DNA of 55,365 bases, taken from contig CAMTWF010000046.1 of the NCBI GenBank assembly GCA_947085355.1, positions 1-55,365 on the forward strand, written 5' to 3'. Positions 9,043-17,804 of the stretch are shown piece after piece. The translations under genes were made by a program, and so were the position numbers. The DNA comes from an uncultured delta proteobacterium. GTDB lineage: Bacteria > Myxococcota_A > Polyangia > DRWM01 > JAAZOP01. How positions within the stretch are numbered: position 1 is the stretch's first letter; each line of letters starts with the position of its first letter. Under the pieces are notes generated by a model, which did not search any database, was not told the DNA's origin, and saw only the letters and a program-made list of their open reading frames with translations.

Positions 9043-9675
9043 CCGCGAGCAGGAGAAGTCGGCGCAGTCGGTGTACCCGTCGCCGTCGTTGTCGACGCCG
9101 TCGCGGCACAGCGCGTCGGTCAGCTCGGATCGGCAGACGCCGATCCGGCCGCTCTGCGAGCAGTCCCAGTCGTCGCAGTCCGTCCGGGTGTCCCCGTCGT
9201 CGTCCACCCTGTTGGAGCAGCTTCCGTCGGAGCATTCCCTGCCGGTCGGGCACTCGCAGGCGACATCCGGGTGGCGGTTGCAGTCCCAGTCGAAGCAGTC
9301 GGTGCGGCCGTCGCCGTCGTCGTCGATCGAATTGAAACACTGCCCGGGCGCTTCCCGCGGGCAGACGGTCACGCACGGGTTGCGCTCGCAGTCGGAATCG
9401 GCGCAATCGACCCGGGTGTCGCCGTCGTTGTCGGCGCCGTCCCGGCAGGCGGCGTTGGTATCCTCGGCCCCGCTCGCTTCACCAATATCCGCGTCGGCGT
9501 CCCCGTCGACGCCGGCGTCGGCGTCCCCCGTCACGCCGCCGTCGTCCGGCCTTGCGTCCACGCCGTCGTCGATCCGCCCGCCGTCGTCGCGGCGGTCGTC
9601 GGGATCGGTCCCCGCGTCCCTGCACGCCGTGACCGCGAGAGCGAGCACCGACCAGAGCACCATCAACCGCGCCAT
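9013..9675 (-). CDS. Cys- and Asp-rich lipoprotein with four thrombospondin-type-3-like DxDGDGxxDCxDxDC repeats
   Basis: Lipobox LAVTAC. Repeats are CRDGADNDGDTRVDCADSDC, CFNSIDDDGDGRTDCFDWDC, CSNRVDDDGDTRTDCDDWDC, CRDGVDNDGDGYTDCADFSC. Confidence 0.7.
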   Translation of the reverse strand: MARLMVLWSVLALAVTACRDAGTDPDDRRDDGGRIDDGVDARPDDGGVTGDADAGVDGDADADIGEASGAEDTNAACRDGADNDGDTRVDCADSDCERNPCVTVCPREAPGQCFNSIDDDGDGRTDCFDWDCNRHPDVACECPTGRECSDGSCSNRVDDDGDTRTDCDDWDCSQSGRIGVCRSELTDALCRDGVDNDGDGYTDCADFSCSRSPWITVCCG

Positions 9676-9730
9676 GCGTCACCTCCGTGACCGGATCGGT
9701 AGCAGGCTGGAGGAGGCGGTGCAAACCGGA

Positions 9731-10300
9731 TCAACGGCATTCCGAAGGCGTCGGAGCGCCTATCGCCACGTGCGGCCGGATCGCGGCGAGGCGGACCGGG
9801 CCGATGCCGGGGATCTCGCCGAGGTCGTCCACGGTCCGCAGATGGCTCCTGCGGGCCAGGATCCGCTCGGCCGTCCGCGGGCCGACGCCGGGCAGCGCGT
9901 CGAGGTCCTCCGCGGAGGCTTCCAGCAGGTCGATCGGCAACCCGAGGGCCAGGCGGGCGGCGCCGCCCAGCGGCCGCAGGCGGGGAACGCACGGACCGCC
10001 GCGGATCCGCGGCGCCAGGACCAGGAGCCCGCCGTGCATCGGACACCGATCCAGCAATCTCATCAGCGCGTCCAGCGCCTGTGCTTCGTCGCACGGCGCC
10101 AGCGGCGCGATCGATGCGACCGAAGGCCGCGAGACGCACCTGAGCCCCGGCGACCGAACCGCGCCGGACAACCCGAAGCAGATCGCGTCGGTCCGCTTCG
10201 GCGGCCCGGAGGCGCCCCCGATCGCCGATCCCGCGTCGAGGAGCCGCCAGGCCGCGAGGACGCCCAGCAGGATCGCCGTCGCCGCCGCCGCTCTCCGCAT
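9731..10300 (-). CDS. comEA: ComEA-family helix-hairpin-helix DNA-binding (competence) protein
   Basis: C-terminal tandem HhH motifs LDALPGVGPRTAERIL and LGEIPGIGPVRLAAI. The N-terminal TM is MRRAAAATAILLGVLAAW. The track ORF extends to 10444, but I prefer the internal ATG at 10300. Confidence 0.72.
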   Translation of the reverse strand: MRRAAAATAILLGVLAAWRLLDAGSAIGGASGPPKRTDAICFGLSGAVRSPGLRCVSRPSVASIAPLAPCDEAQALDALMRLLDRCPMHGGLLVLAPRIRGGPCVPRLRPLGGAARLALGLPIDLLEASAEDLDALPGVGPRTAERILARRSHLRTVDDLGEIPGIGPVRLAAIRPHVAIGAPTPSECR

Positions 10301-10359
10301 GTGTCGCGAGACCGCCACGGCGCGCCCGATCGCGCCGGCCGCCGGGGCCGTTGCGGTTG

Positions 10360-10389
10360 TTGACACGTTCCGAACGCGCCTCCTATATT
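10360..10389 (+). promoter_or_regulatory. Sigma-70-type promoter candidate for the yfgM-like/bamB/M23 operon
   Basis: TTGACA (10360-10365), an 18-nt spacer, then TATATT (10384-10389), about 45 nt upstream of the GTG at 10434. Confidence 0.45.
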
Positions 10390-10433
10390 GCCGCGCGGTT
10401 CTCGCGAAGGCGCGGGACGCGGAGTCGGCGAGA

Positions 10434-11213
10434 GTGGCACGCAAGATTCAACGCAAGGAACTGCGCAAGCCCGACGAGCTCATCGGACTCGGGGCGAGGT
10501 TGCTGGACTGGATTGCGGACCAGAGGGCGCCGCTGGCCATCGGGCTCGGCTCGGTCCTGCTGATCATCTTCGGCGTCACGCTGGTGATCCACCTCCGTCG
10601 CAGCGCGGCGGTCGAGGAGGCGCGGCCCCTGCTGGATGCCGTGAAGATCCGGGCGTTCCGCGAGGCGCCCGAGGGCGAGGCTCCGGCTCCGCCGGGCACG
10701 GGCGGCCTCCCGCCGATCGACCCGGCGGCGCTCGCGGCCGCGGCCGACAAGGCGGACGAACCGACAATTCGCGCCCTGGCCCGCCTGCCGCTAGCCCGCC
10801 TCGCCCTCGACGAGGGCCGCCTCGACGAGGCCGCGGAGTTGTACCGCGGCTACCTCGCGGCCGACGGCGGCAAGTCGTCGCCGGGGCGCTCGATCGCCCA
10901 GGAGGGCCTCGGGTACGCGCTGGAACGTGCGGGCAAGACCGAGGAGGCCGACAAGGCATTCGCGGCATTGGGCGAGATCGCGGACGGCGCATGGAGCGCG
11001 CTGGCCCTGTACCACCGCGGCAGGCTGGCCGCTGCCGCCGGTCGCATCGAGGATGCCAGGAAGCTGTTCGGCGAAGCCGGGGCCTTGGGCAATCCGCGGC
11101 CCGCGGGCATCACCGAGAAGATCGACATCGAGATTCGACTCCTGGACAGACGCTTGCCCGCCGGCGCCGGACATGCGCCGGCCGCGATCCCGGCCGGGGC
11201 AGCCGGGAATTGA
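10434..11213 (+). CDS. YfgM-like membrane-anchored TPR protein
   Basis: A short basic N-terminus, a single TM (LAIGLGSVLLIIFGVTLVI) and a periplasmic Ala-rich TPR-like region. It sits directly upstream of a bamB-like gene, as in E. coli yfgM-bamB. GTG start, with GGAG 10 nt upstream. Confidence 0.6.
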   Translation: MARKIQRKELRKPDELIGLGARLLDWIADQRAPLAIGLGSVLLIIFGVTLVIHLRRSAAVEEARPLLDAVKIRAFREAPEGEAPAPPGTGGLPPIDPAALAAAADKADEPTIRALARLPLARLALDEGRLDEAAELYRGYLAADGGKSSPGRSIAQEGLGYALERAGKTEEADKAFAALGEIADGAWSALALYHRGRLAAAAGRIEDARKLFGEAGALGNPRPAGITEKIDIEIRLLDRRLPAGAGHAPAAIPAGAAGN

Positions 11214-12430
11214 CGTCGGCGGACGGCTTGCGACCGGCGAGGGCCAGGGCATCGATCGCGACCGGCGCCCGGCCGGTTGCGCTGCTCCTGACGCTGGCGG
11301 CGGCGTGCTTCGGCATGCCCCCGCCGACGGCGCTCGACATGCGCCTCGACTTCCCCGGCGTCGAGATGCTCAGGCCGAAGTGGCGGCGGCTCGTGGTCGA
11401 TCCGGAGCTGCGCCCGTACGATCCGGTCGAGCGGTCCGGCGCGGCGTTCGATCCGGGCCGCGGCCTGGTCTTCGTCGGCACGTCGCAGGGCCGCTTCCTG
11501 GCGCTCGATTCCGGCCTCGGCGGCGAGATCTGGAGCCATTCGGAAACCGATCCGTTCAACTCGGCGGCGGTCCATCTGCCCGAGGTCGACCTGGTCGTCG
11601 TCGGGAACGACGGCGGCCATCTGCTGGCCTTCGACCCGGACGACGGACGCCTCGCTTGGCGCGCGGCGCTCGGGGCGCCGATCCGTCGGCCCGTCGCCTA
11701 CGCCGACCGCGTGGCGTACGCCAGGACCACGGGCGGCGGCGTCTTCGCCGTCGAGGCGGAGACCGGGCGGGAGTTGTGGACTTTCTCCGGGCCGGCGCCC
11801 GAGGGGTACAAGGCCGGCATGGATGCCGGGCTGCTGTCGGCGGACGGTCGAATCGTGACGGGGTTCTCCGACGGCACGGTCGTGGCGCTGTCCGCCGTGT
11901 CGGGAGAGAAGCTGTGGGACATCAACGTCGCGGGCGAGGGGGACGCGGAGATAGTCCTGGACGACATCACGGCGACCCCCGTGCGGATCGAGGGCGCGAT
12001 AGTCGTGGCGTCGTACGACAACGGCGTGTTCGCCGTCGACGCCGAGCGCGGCACGCAGATCTGGGCCCGGACCGACCTCACGAGGGTCTCGGGGCTGGCC
12101 GCCGTGGGCGGCGATCCGCTGGTGGCGCTTTCCGGGCGGGGGCTCGCCCGGCTCGACCCGGCCGACGGCTCGACCGTCTGGATCCGCCGCTTCCCCGCCG
12201 GGACGCTCGCCGACCCCATCGTGCGCGACGGCATCATCGTCCTCTCGGACGACATCAACGGGCTCCTCTTCTTCGAGGCGCTGACCGGCATGGTGCTCCA
12301 GGCATGGGGCGCCGGGCACGGCACGGCCGGGCCGCCCGCCGTGGCTGGCGGGCGCCTCGCCTTCCTCGACAACGCCGGGGAGTTCCGGACGTTCTACTTC
12401 CTACGGCGCTGGTTCGCGGCGCCGAGGTGA
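11210..12430 (+). CDS. bamB: PQQ-like beta-propeller lipoprotein, BamB-like
   Basis: Lipobox LLLTLAAAC. Repeated blades carry the G-x-hydrophobic-W signature (GGEIWSH, GRLAWRA, GRELWTF, GEKLWDI, GTQIWAR, GSTVWIR). TTG at 11210 overlaps the upstream TGA; the start is uncertain (alternative TTG at 11228). Confidence 0.72.
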   Translation: MTSADGLRPARARASIATGARPVALLLTLAAACFGMPPPTALDMRLDFPGVEMLRPKWRRLVVDPELRPYDPVERSGAAFDPGRGLVFVGTSQGRFLALDSGLGGEIWSHSETDPFNSAAVHLPEVDLVVVGNDGGHLLAFDPDDGRLAWRAALGAPIRRPVAYADRVAYARTTGGGVFAVEAETGRELWTFSGPAPEGYKAGMDAGLLSADGRIVTGFSDGTVVALSAVSGEKLWDINVAGEGDAEIVLDDITATPVRIEGAIVVASYDNGVFAVDAERGTQIWARTDLTRVSGLAAVGGDPLVALSGRGLARLDPADGSTVWIRRFPAGTLADPIVRDGIIVLSDDINGLLFFEALTGMVLQAWGAGHGTAGPPAVAGGRLAFLDNAGEFRTFYFLRRWFAAPR

Positions 12431-14100
12431 TCCGATTGCGCGTGGGACGAGCCCCCTCGCCCCCACCGCCGCCCTCGCCCTCGCCCTCGTGGCCGTGGGC
12501 GAATCCGCGGAGGCACGGCCTCTCATGCCGCACCGTGACGGCCATGCTGCTCGGCGTGGCCGCGGCATGCGGCGCCGACGCCGCGCCGGCGGCGCCGGCC
12601 GATTCGGCAGAGCGCCACGAGGAGGCGGACGACACCGGCACGGACGCCGTCGAGGAGGCCGCCCCGGACGTGGGTGATAGCGACCACACCTGGGATGGTG
12701 CAGATGGAGACGCGGGCACGGGCACGGAGGAGGATGGGGGGGACGCCGGGGATGTCGAAGCGGCCGAGCCGTTCGTGGAGCACGAGGTCGCCGAGGGGGA
12801 AACGCTGTGGGAGATCGCTCTGGCGTACGGCGTAGGCGTCGAGCGGATCATGCGGGCCAACGGTCTGAGGACGCGGCACATCACGAAGCTGTCCAAGGGG
12901 AGGATCCTGCGGATCCCCGGCGCCACCGCTGTGGCCACGGTCCTGACGCAGGCGGAGCGGGCCGCGGCGGCCGAGCGTGCGCGGGCGAGCCTGCCGCCGA
13001 TCGACGACGGCGCGTACCACTTCGTCGGGCGCGGCGAGACGTTGTGGTCGATCGCGAGGTCGTACGGGAAGACGGTGGGAGAGATCGCCGAACGGAACGG
13101 CTTCACCGACGACGACTTGCGGAGCCTGCCGGTCGGCCGTCCGGTCATCGTGCCGGGGATCGCGGCGGATCAGGTGCGGCAGGCCGAGTCGCGCCGCCCG
13201 ACCGGCACGACCCACGCGCTGGCCCGCGGCGAGACGGTGTGGGACCTGGCGCGCACGTACGGCGTGTCGGTCGGTGAGATCATGTCGGCCAACGGGATGA
13301 CGCCGGAGGCGGTGCGGGGCCTGCGCGAGGGGGACAGGCTGTTTCTCCCCGGCGTCGGCGAGGGGGGCGGAAGCCGCGGCATCCGCCGCCCGCAGCGGGG
13401 GCCCCAGGCGGCCTCGACGCTGGCGCGCCGCCTGGGACTCGGGACGCGCGAGGCGGCCCACGATCTGCTCCGGGGCCGCGTCCGCAAGGCGTGGCTCCAG
13501 GCGGCCGGAGGAGCCGCGGCGCTGCCGGGCACGCTGCGCTGGCCCGTCGGGAACGGCTGGTACACGCGAGGCTACGGATCGGGAGAGGACGGCTACCACC
13601 TCGCCGTCGACATCATGGGCGAGATCGGCTGGAACGTCCGCGCCGCGGCGGCCGGCCTGGTCGGCTACTCGGGCGACGGGCTGACCGGCTACGGGAACAC
13701 CGTGCTCATCATCCACCCCGGCGGCTGGGTGACGATGTACGCCCACAACTCGGTGAACTTCGTCGCGGCGGGCCAGCGGGTCTCGGCCGGCGCGATCGTC
13801 GCGGAACTCGGCAGCACCGGCATCAGCCGGGGACCGCACGTGCACTTCGAGCTGATCTTCAAGGGGCGCAACTGCGATCCGCAGCACCTGTTCCGGCCCG
13901 GCGTCCGGCACCGCAACGGGAGGTTCATCCCGGTCGGCGCCGCCGTCTGGACCGACCCCGACGAGCAGCCCTCGTCGGTCCGCTGCGCGCCGCGCCGCCG
14001 CCACCCGCGGTCGCGCTGGGTCGTCGGCGAGAACCCCGAGGCCGATGCCGCGGGAACCTCACGCGGGGACGCGGAGGCGCAGAGAGCGGACGTACCCTGA
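12427..14100 (+). CDS. LysM-domain (x3) M23-family murein endopeptidase lipoprotein (NlpD-like)
   Basis: Lipobox LLGVAAAC. Three LysM repeats (HEVAEGETLWEIALAYGV, YHFVGRGETLWSIARSYGK, THALARGETVWDLARTYGV). M23 motifs are YHLAVDI and STGISRGPHVHFEL. The start is taken as the GTG overlapping the bamB stop (GTGA); the first ATG is at 12544. Confidence 0.85.
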   Translation: MIRLRVGRAPSPPPPPSPSPSWPWANPRRHGLSCRTVTAMLLGVAAACGADAAPAAPADSAERHEEADDTGTDAVEEAAPDVGDSDHTWDGADGDAGTGTEEDGGDAGDVEAAEPFVEHEVAEGETLWEIALAYGVGVERIMRANGLRTRHITKLSKGRILRIPGATAVATVLTQAERAAAAERARASLPPIDDGAYHFVGRGETLWSIARSYGKTVGEIAERNGFTDDDLRSLPVGRPVIVPGIAADQVRQAESRRPTGTTHALARGETVWDLARTYGVSVGEIMSANGMTPEAVRGLREGDRLFLPGVGEGGGSRGIRRPQRGPQAASTLARRLGLGTREAAHDLLRGRVRKAWLQAAGGAAALPGTLRWPVGNGWYTRGYGSGEDGYHLAVDIMGEIGWNVRAAAAGLVGYSGDGLTGYGNTVLIIHPGGWVTMYAHNSVNFVAAGQRVSAGAIVAELGSTGISRGPHVHFELIFKGRNCDPQHLFRPGVRHRNGRFIPVGAAVWTDPDEQPSSVRCAPRRRHPRSRWVVGENPEADAAGTSRGDAEAQRADVP

Positions 14101-14102
14101 TC

Positions 14103-14145
14103 GTAACCGTTCACGGAATCCGGCCCCCCCCCGGTGAACGGTTAC
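14103..14145. terminator. Inverted repeat GTAACCGTTCAC ... GTGAACGGTTAC between convergent genes (likely bidirectional terminator hairpin)
   Basis: 12-bp arms at 14103-14114 and 14134-14145 with a C-rich 19-nt loop. It lies between the M23 peptidase stop (14100) and the rodA stop (14159). No U-tract. Confidence 0.45.
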
Positions 14146-14158
14146 CTTCACGTGATCT

Positions 14159-15289
14159 TCATGTTTCCCAGGCTGATCCGAGCCTGCGGGCCGAGATGCT
14201 GAGGAGCAGGCCGATGCCGATCAAGGTGGCCAGGACGGAGGAGCCTCCGTAGGAGAAGAGCGGAAGCGTCACGCCGACGACCGGGAGCAGGCCGAGCACC
14301 ATGCCGATGTTGATCACGGCGTGCCAGAAGATCATCGCGCCGACCCCGACGGCGACCAGGACGCCGAAGCGATCCCGGGCTCGCGAGGCTATCCGCACCG
14401 CCCAGAGGACGACGAACATGTAGAGCGCCACGAGCAGCACCGAGCCGGCGAAGCCGTGCTCCTCGGCCCACACGGCGAACGGGAAGTCGGTGTGCTGGTA
14501 CGGCACGAACCCCATGCGGTTCTGCGTCCCCTGCATGAACCCCTTGCCGAACAGGTGGCCGGACCCGACGGCGATCTTGGACTGGACCGTGTGCCACCCC
14601 TTGTCCTGGACGTCGAGCTTCTCCTCGGAGACCAGCGAGGCGAAGAAGGTGACGACGCGCTCCTTCTGGTAGTCGTGCAGGTACGACCAGCCGGCCGGCA
14701 ACAGCAGAAGCACCGCGATCAGCGCCACGGCCACGCTCCGGCCGCGGACGCGCAGCACGAGCGCCATCGACAGGAGGATCAGCGGGTAGATGAGCGCCGT
14801 GCCGAGGTCCGGCTGCTTGATGACGAGGAAAGTCGGGATCGCCGCAAGCGCCGCCGGCAGCAGGAAGTCCTTCAGCGTCCTCGGATCGGGCTTCACGTCC
14901 GAATGGAACACCCGCGCGACGGCCAGGACCAACGCGATCTTCATCACCTCGGACGGCTGGAACGACACCGGCCCCAGGAACAGCCAGCGCCTCGCCTGGT
15001 TCAGCTCCGTGCCGACGCCGAGCACCAGTATCAGGAGCACCAGGACGCCGCCGTAGAGCAGGTACGCATGGCGCAGGAAGATCCGGTAGTCGGCCAGCCA
15101 CGTCACCATGGCGACGAAGCCGCCGAACGCGAACCAGTACATCTGCGTCTCGTAGAACTCGATGTTGACGACGGAGACGGCGGAGCGGAGGTTGAGGAGC
15201 CCGAGGACGCCGAGGGACGCGACGGCGGTCAGCAGCGGCACGTCCGCCGGGATGCGGCCCGCTCGCTCGAATGTCCGCGACGCGGCCAC
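14159..15289 (-). CDS. rodA: SEDS-family peptidoglycan glycosyltransferase RodA
   Basis: 376-aa polytopic membrane protein of the FtsW/RodA/SpoVE type, last gene of the mreBCD-mrdA-rodA cluster. Confidence 0.9.
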   Translation of the reverse strand: MAASRTFERAGRIPADVPLLTAVASLGVLGLLNLRSAVSVVNIEFYETQMYWFAFGGFVAMVTWLADYRIFLRHAYLLYGGVLVLLILVLGVGTELNQARRWLFLGPVSFQPSEVMKIALVLAVARVFHSDVKPDPRTLKDFLLPAALAAIPTFLVIKQPDLGTALIYPLILLSMALVLRVRGRSVAVALIAVLLLLPAGWSYLHDYQKERVVTFFASLVSEEKLDVQDKGWHTVQSKIAVGSGHLFGKGFMQGTQNRMGFVPYQHTDFPFAVWAEEHGFAGSVLLVALYMFVVLWAVRIASRARDRFGVLVAVGVGAMIFWHAVINIGMVLGLLPVVGVTLPLFSYGGSSVLATLIGIGLLLSISARRLGSAWET

Positions 15290-15293
15290 GATG

Positions 15294-17198
15294 CTACCTC
15301 GGCGCTATGCGGCGGAAGTAGGCGCGGATCACGTCCATCGCGATCGGCGCGGCGGTGCGGCCGCCCGCGCCGCCGTGCTCCACGAGCACGACCACGACGA
15401 TCTCCGGGTCGCGGGCGGGCGCGAAGCCGACGAACCATGCGTGGTCGCGATCCGCGTACCGCTCGCCCTGCTCCTGCCGCCGCCGCCGCTCGCCCGGCTG
15501 CCTTCGCCGCGCGACCTGTGCCGTCCCCGTCTTGCCGGCCACCTCCAGCCCGGCGATTCGCTGGTCGTGGGCCGTTCCGGTCGGGTCGTCCAGCACGCCG
15601 ATCAGGGCGTCCACGATCCGCCGTCGATCGGCATCCGCCATGTCGATCCTGCGCACCAGTTCCGGAGCGAAGCTCATCTTCGTTCGCCCGTCGGGATACT
15701 GGACCTCCCTGACGATCTGCGGGCGGTACATGTAGCCGCCGTTGCCGAGCGCGCCGTAGGCGGCGGCGAGTTGAAGGACGGTCGCCTTGGAGTTCCCCTG
15801 GCCGATCGCCGCCAGCAGGGCATAGCCCAACCTGTACTGAAAGCCGTACTCGGGTCGGCTCCGGTACCACTCCTTGTCCGGGACCAGCCCGGGGACCTCC
15901 TTCGTGAGCCCGATGCCGGTCTTGGCGCCGAAGCCGAACTCCCTGGCGACCTCGGCGATCCGGTCGATGCCGAGCCTGCGGGCCAGGGAGAAGTAGTAGA
16001 CGTTGCACGACTCGACCAGCGACTTGTGGAACTCCGTGACGCCGTGCACCTTCGTGCAGCGGAAGCGTTGCCGGGCCACCTCGTACGCCCCCTGGCACTC
16101 GATGCCGGCCGCCGGATCGAAGACGTCCCCGGACTCCAGCAGCGCCGGCCGCTGCAGCGCGGCGAACGCCACGAACGGCTTGAACAGCGAGCCGGGGAAG
16201 TAGTGGTCCACCACGGTCTTGTCGTGCTGCGGCATGAACGGGTTCTCGTTGAGGACCCGCACGTCGTCGGACGTGAGGCCGCGAATGAAGGCGTTGGGGT
16301 CGAACGAGGGCTTGGAGTACATCGCGAGGACGAAGCCCGTTCGCGCGTCGAGCACGACCGCGGCGCCCGCCGGCCGGCCGCGGAACGCCTCGTCCACGAC
16401 GCGCATCAGGCGGGCGTTGAGCGACAGCATCAGGTCGTTGCCCGGCACCGGCTCGATCTCGTACCGCCGGCCGGCGGCCGACGACAGCGGGTCCCTCCCC
16501 TTCTCCACCCCCTTGGCGTTGACGATCACGGTCAGCCGTCCGCGCCGGCCGCGCATCTCGCGCTCCCAGACCGCCTCCAGGCCGGTGCGCCCGATCCTGT
16601 CTCCCAGGAGATACCGGTACCCCTCGGCCCGGTAGCGGTCGATCTCCGCCTGCGACACCTCGTTGAGGTACCCGACCACGTGGGCGGTCAGGTGGCGCAG
16701 CGGGTACACCCTCATCGGCGCCTCGTCCACCGTGAGCCCGTCCAACTCGTTCTGGTGCGCCGCCAGCAGTGCTAGCTGGCGGTCGTCCAGATCCTCCGCG
16801 ATCGGGTACGGCTGATACCGCTTGAGGCCCCTGAGCTTCGCCAGCCTCTCCCGCAGCTTCGCGGCCCGCTCGGCAGGCAACCCCAGATACTTCACGACGT
16901 CGTCCCAGTCCTCCTCGATGTCGAAAAACTCGGGCGTCACCAGCGCGGCGTACGACGGCGTGTTGTAGGCGAGACGCTCCCCCTCGGCATCCAGGATCAT
17001 CCCCCTGGCCGTCGGGATCTCGCGTGTCCGCTCGATGTTGTGCCTGCTCTTCTCGACGTACTCGTACCCCTCGACGATCTGGAGCTGCGCGGCGCGCGCC
17101 AGCAAGCCCACGAACGTCGCCGCGGCGAACCCGAGCAGCCACTTGTACCTCCCGCGGAACTCCGCCAGTTCCCCGGGAGGTCCGAACAGACGCGCCAT
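15294..17198 (-). CDS. mrdA: Penicillin-binding protein 2 (elongasome transpeptidase)
   Basis: N-terminal TM, and transpeptidase motifs SLFK (SxxK), SCN (SxN) and KTGTA. Confidence 0.92.
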   Translation of the reverse strand: MARLFGPPGELAEFRGRYKWLLGFAAATFVGLLARAAQLQIVEGYEYVEKSRHNIERTREIPTARGMILDAEGERLAYNTPSYAALVTPEFFDIEEDWDDVVKYLGLPAERAAKLRERLAKLRGLKRYQPYPIAEDLDDRQLALLAAHQNELDGLTVDEAPMRVYPLRHLTAHVVGYLNEVSQAEIDRYRAEGYRYLLGDRIGRTGLEAVWEREMRGRRGRLTVIVNAKGVEKGRDPLSSAAGRRYEIEPVPGNDLMLSLNARLMRVVDEAFRGRPAGAAVVLDARTGFVLAMYSKPSFDPNAFIRGLTSDDVRVLNENPFMPQHDKTVVDHYFPGSLFKPFVAFAALQRPALLESGDVFDPAAGIECQGAYEVARQRFRCTKVHGVTEFHKSLVESCNVYYFSLARRLGIDRIAEVAREFGFGAKTGIGLTKEVPGLVPDKEWYRSRPEYGFQYRLGYALLAAIGQGNSKATVLQLAAAYGALGNGGYMYRPQIVREVQYPDGRTKMSFAPELVRRIDMADADRRRIVDALIGVLDDPTGTAHDQRIAGLEVAGKTGTAQVARRRQPGERRRRQEQGERYADRDHAWFVGFAPARDPEIVVVVLVEHGGAGGRTAAPIAMDVIRAYFRRIAPR

Positions 17199-17217
17199 GG
17201 CGGCATGATAGATCAGA

Positions 17218-17271
17218 TTGGAGTTTGGAGTTTGGAGTTTGGAGTCGGTCTCGAAACTCGAAACTCCAAAG
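17218..17271. repeat. Heptamer-built hairpin: (TTGGAGT)x4, CGGTC, then (TCGAAAC)x2-TCCAAAG
   Basis: Four perfect 7-nt units at 17218-17245 are followed after 5 nt by their near-complement. About 18 of 20 stem positions pair. It lies in the 84-nt mreD-mrdA intergenic spacer. Confidence 0.85.
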
Positions 17272-17282
17272 ATCGAAAGGCG

Positions 17283-17795
17283 TCACCTCCCCGACAACGA
17301 GGATCGGCGGCCGGCGAAGACGGCGCGCGCCGCCCAGAAGACGGCCGGAGCCGCCGCGGCGGTCAGGACCGCGCGCAGCAGCACGGTCAGCCCGATCCCC
17401 ACGTGGTCGCCGAGCCGCAGGTCGTCCTGGAAGGCGATGCGGGCCAGCACCGTCACGGCCGCAACCAGAACGACGCCGCCGAAGGACGCCCCCACCTCGA
17501 ACAGCGCCCCGGCGAGGTAGAAACGGCGTCGGGCCCACCGGCCGGCCAGGTACAGGAGCGGGAAGGCCAGCGCGTGCACGCCTGCCGGAACGCCTGCCGC
17601 CAAGTCGAATGCGTACCCCGTCGCCAGCGTGGGCAACAGGCCCGCGGCGACGTCCAACTCGACCGTGGCCGGGAAGAGCACGGCGGGAATCGTCAGATCC
17701 GGAAGCGCGTCGGTCACGGGGAAGAGCGTCGCCAGGAGCGACTGCGCCAGGACGGCCGACAGCCCGACGGCCAGCAGGCGGGTGATCCTCCGCAC
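17283..17795 (-). CDS. mreD: Rod shape-determining protein MreD
   Basis: 170-aa polytopic hydrophobic protein between mreC and mrdA. The call rests on position and topology. Confidence 0.72.
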   Translation of the reverse strand: MRRITRLLAVGLSAVLAQSLLATLFPVTDALPDLTIPAVLFPATVELDVAAGLLPTLATGYAFDLAAGVPAGVHALAFPLLYLAGRWARRRFYLAGALFEVGASFGGVVLVAAVTVLARIAFQDDLRLGDHVGIGLTVLLRAVLTAAAAPAVFWAARAVFAGRRSSLSGR

Positions 17796-17804
17796 CGGCC
17801 GCCC

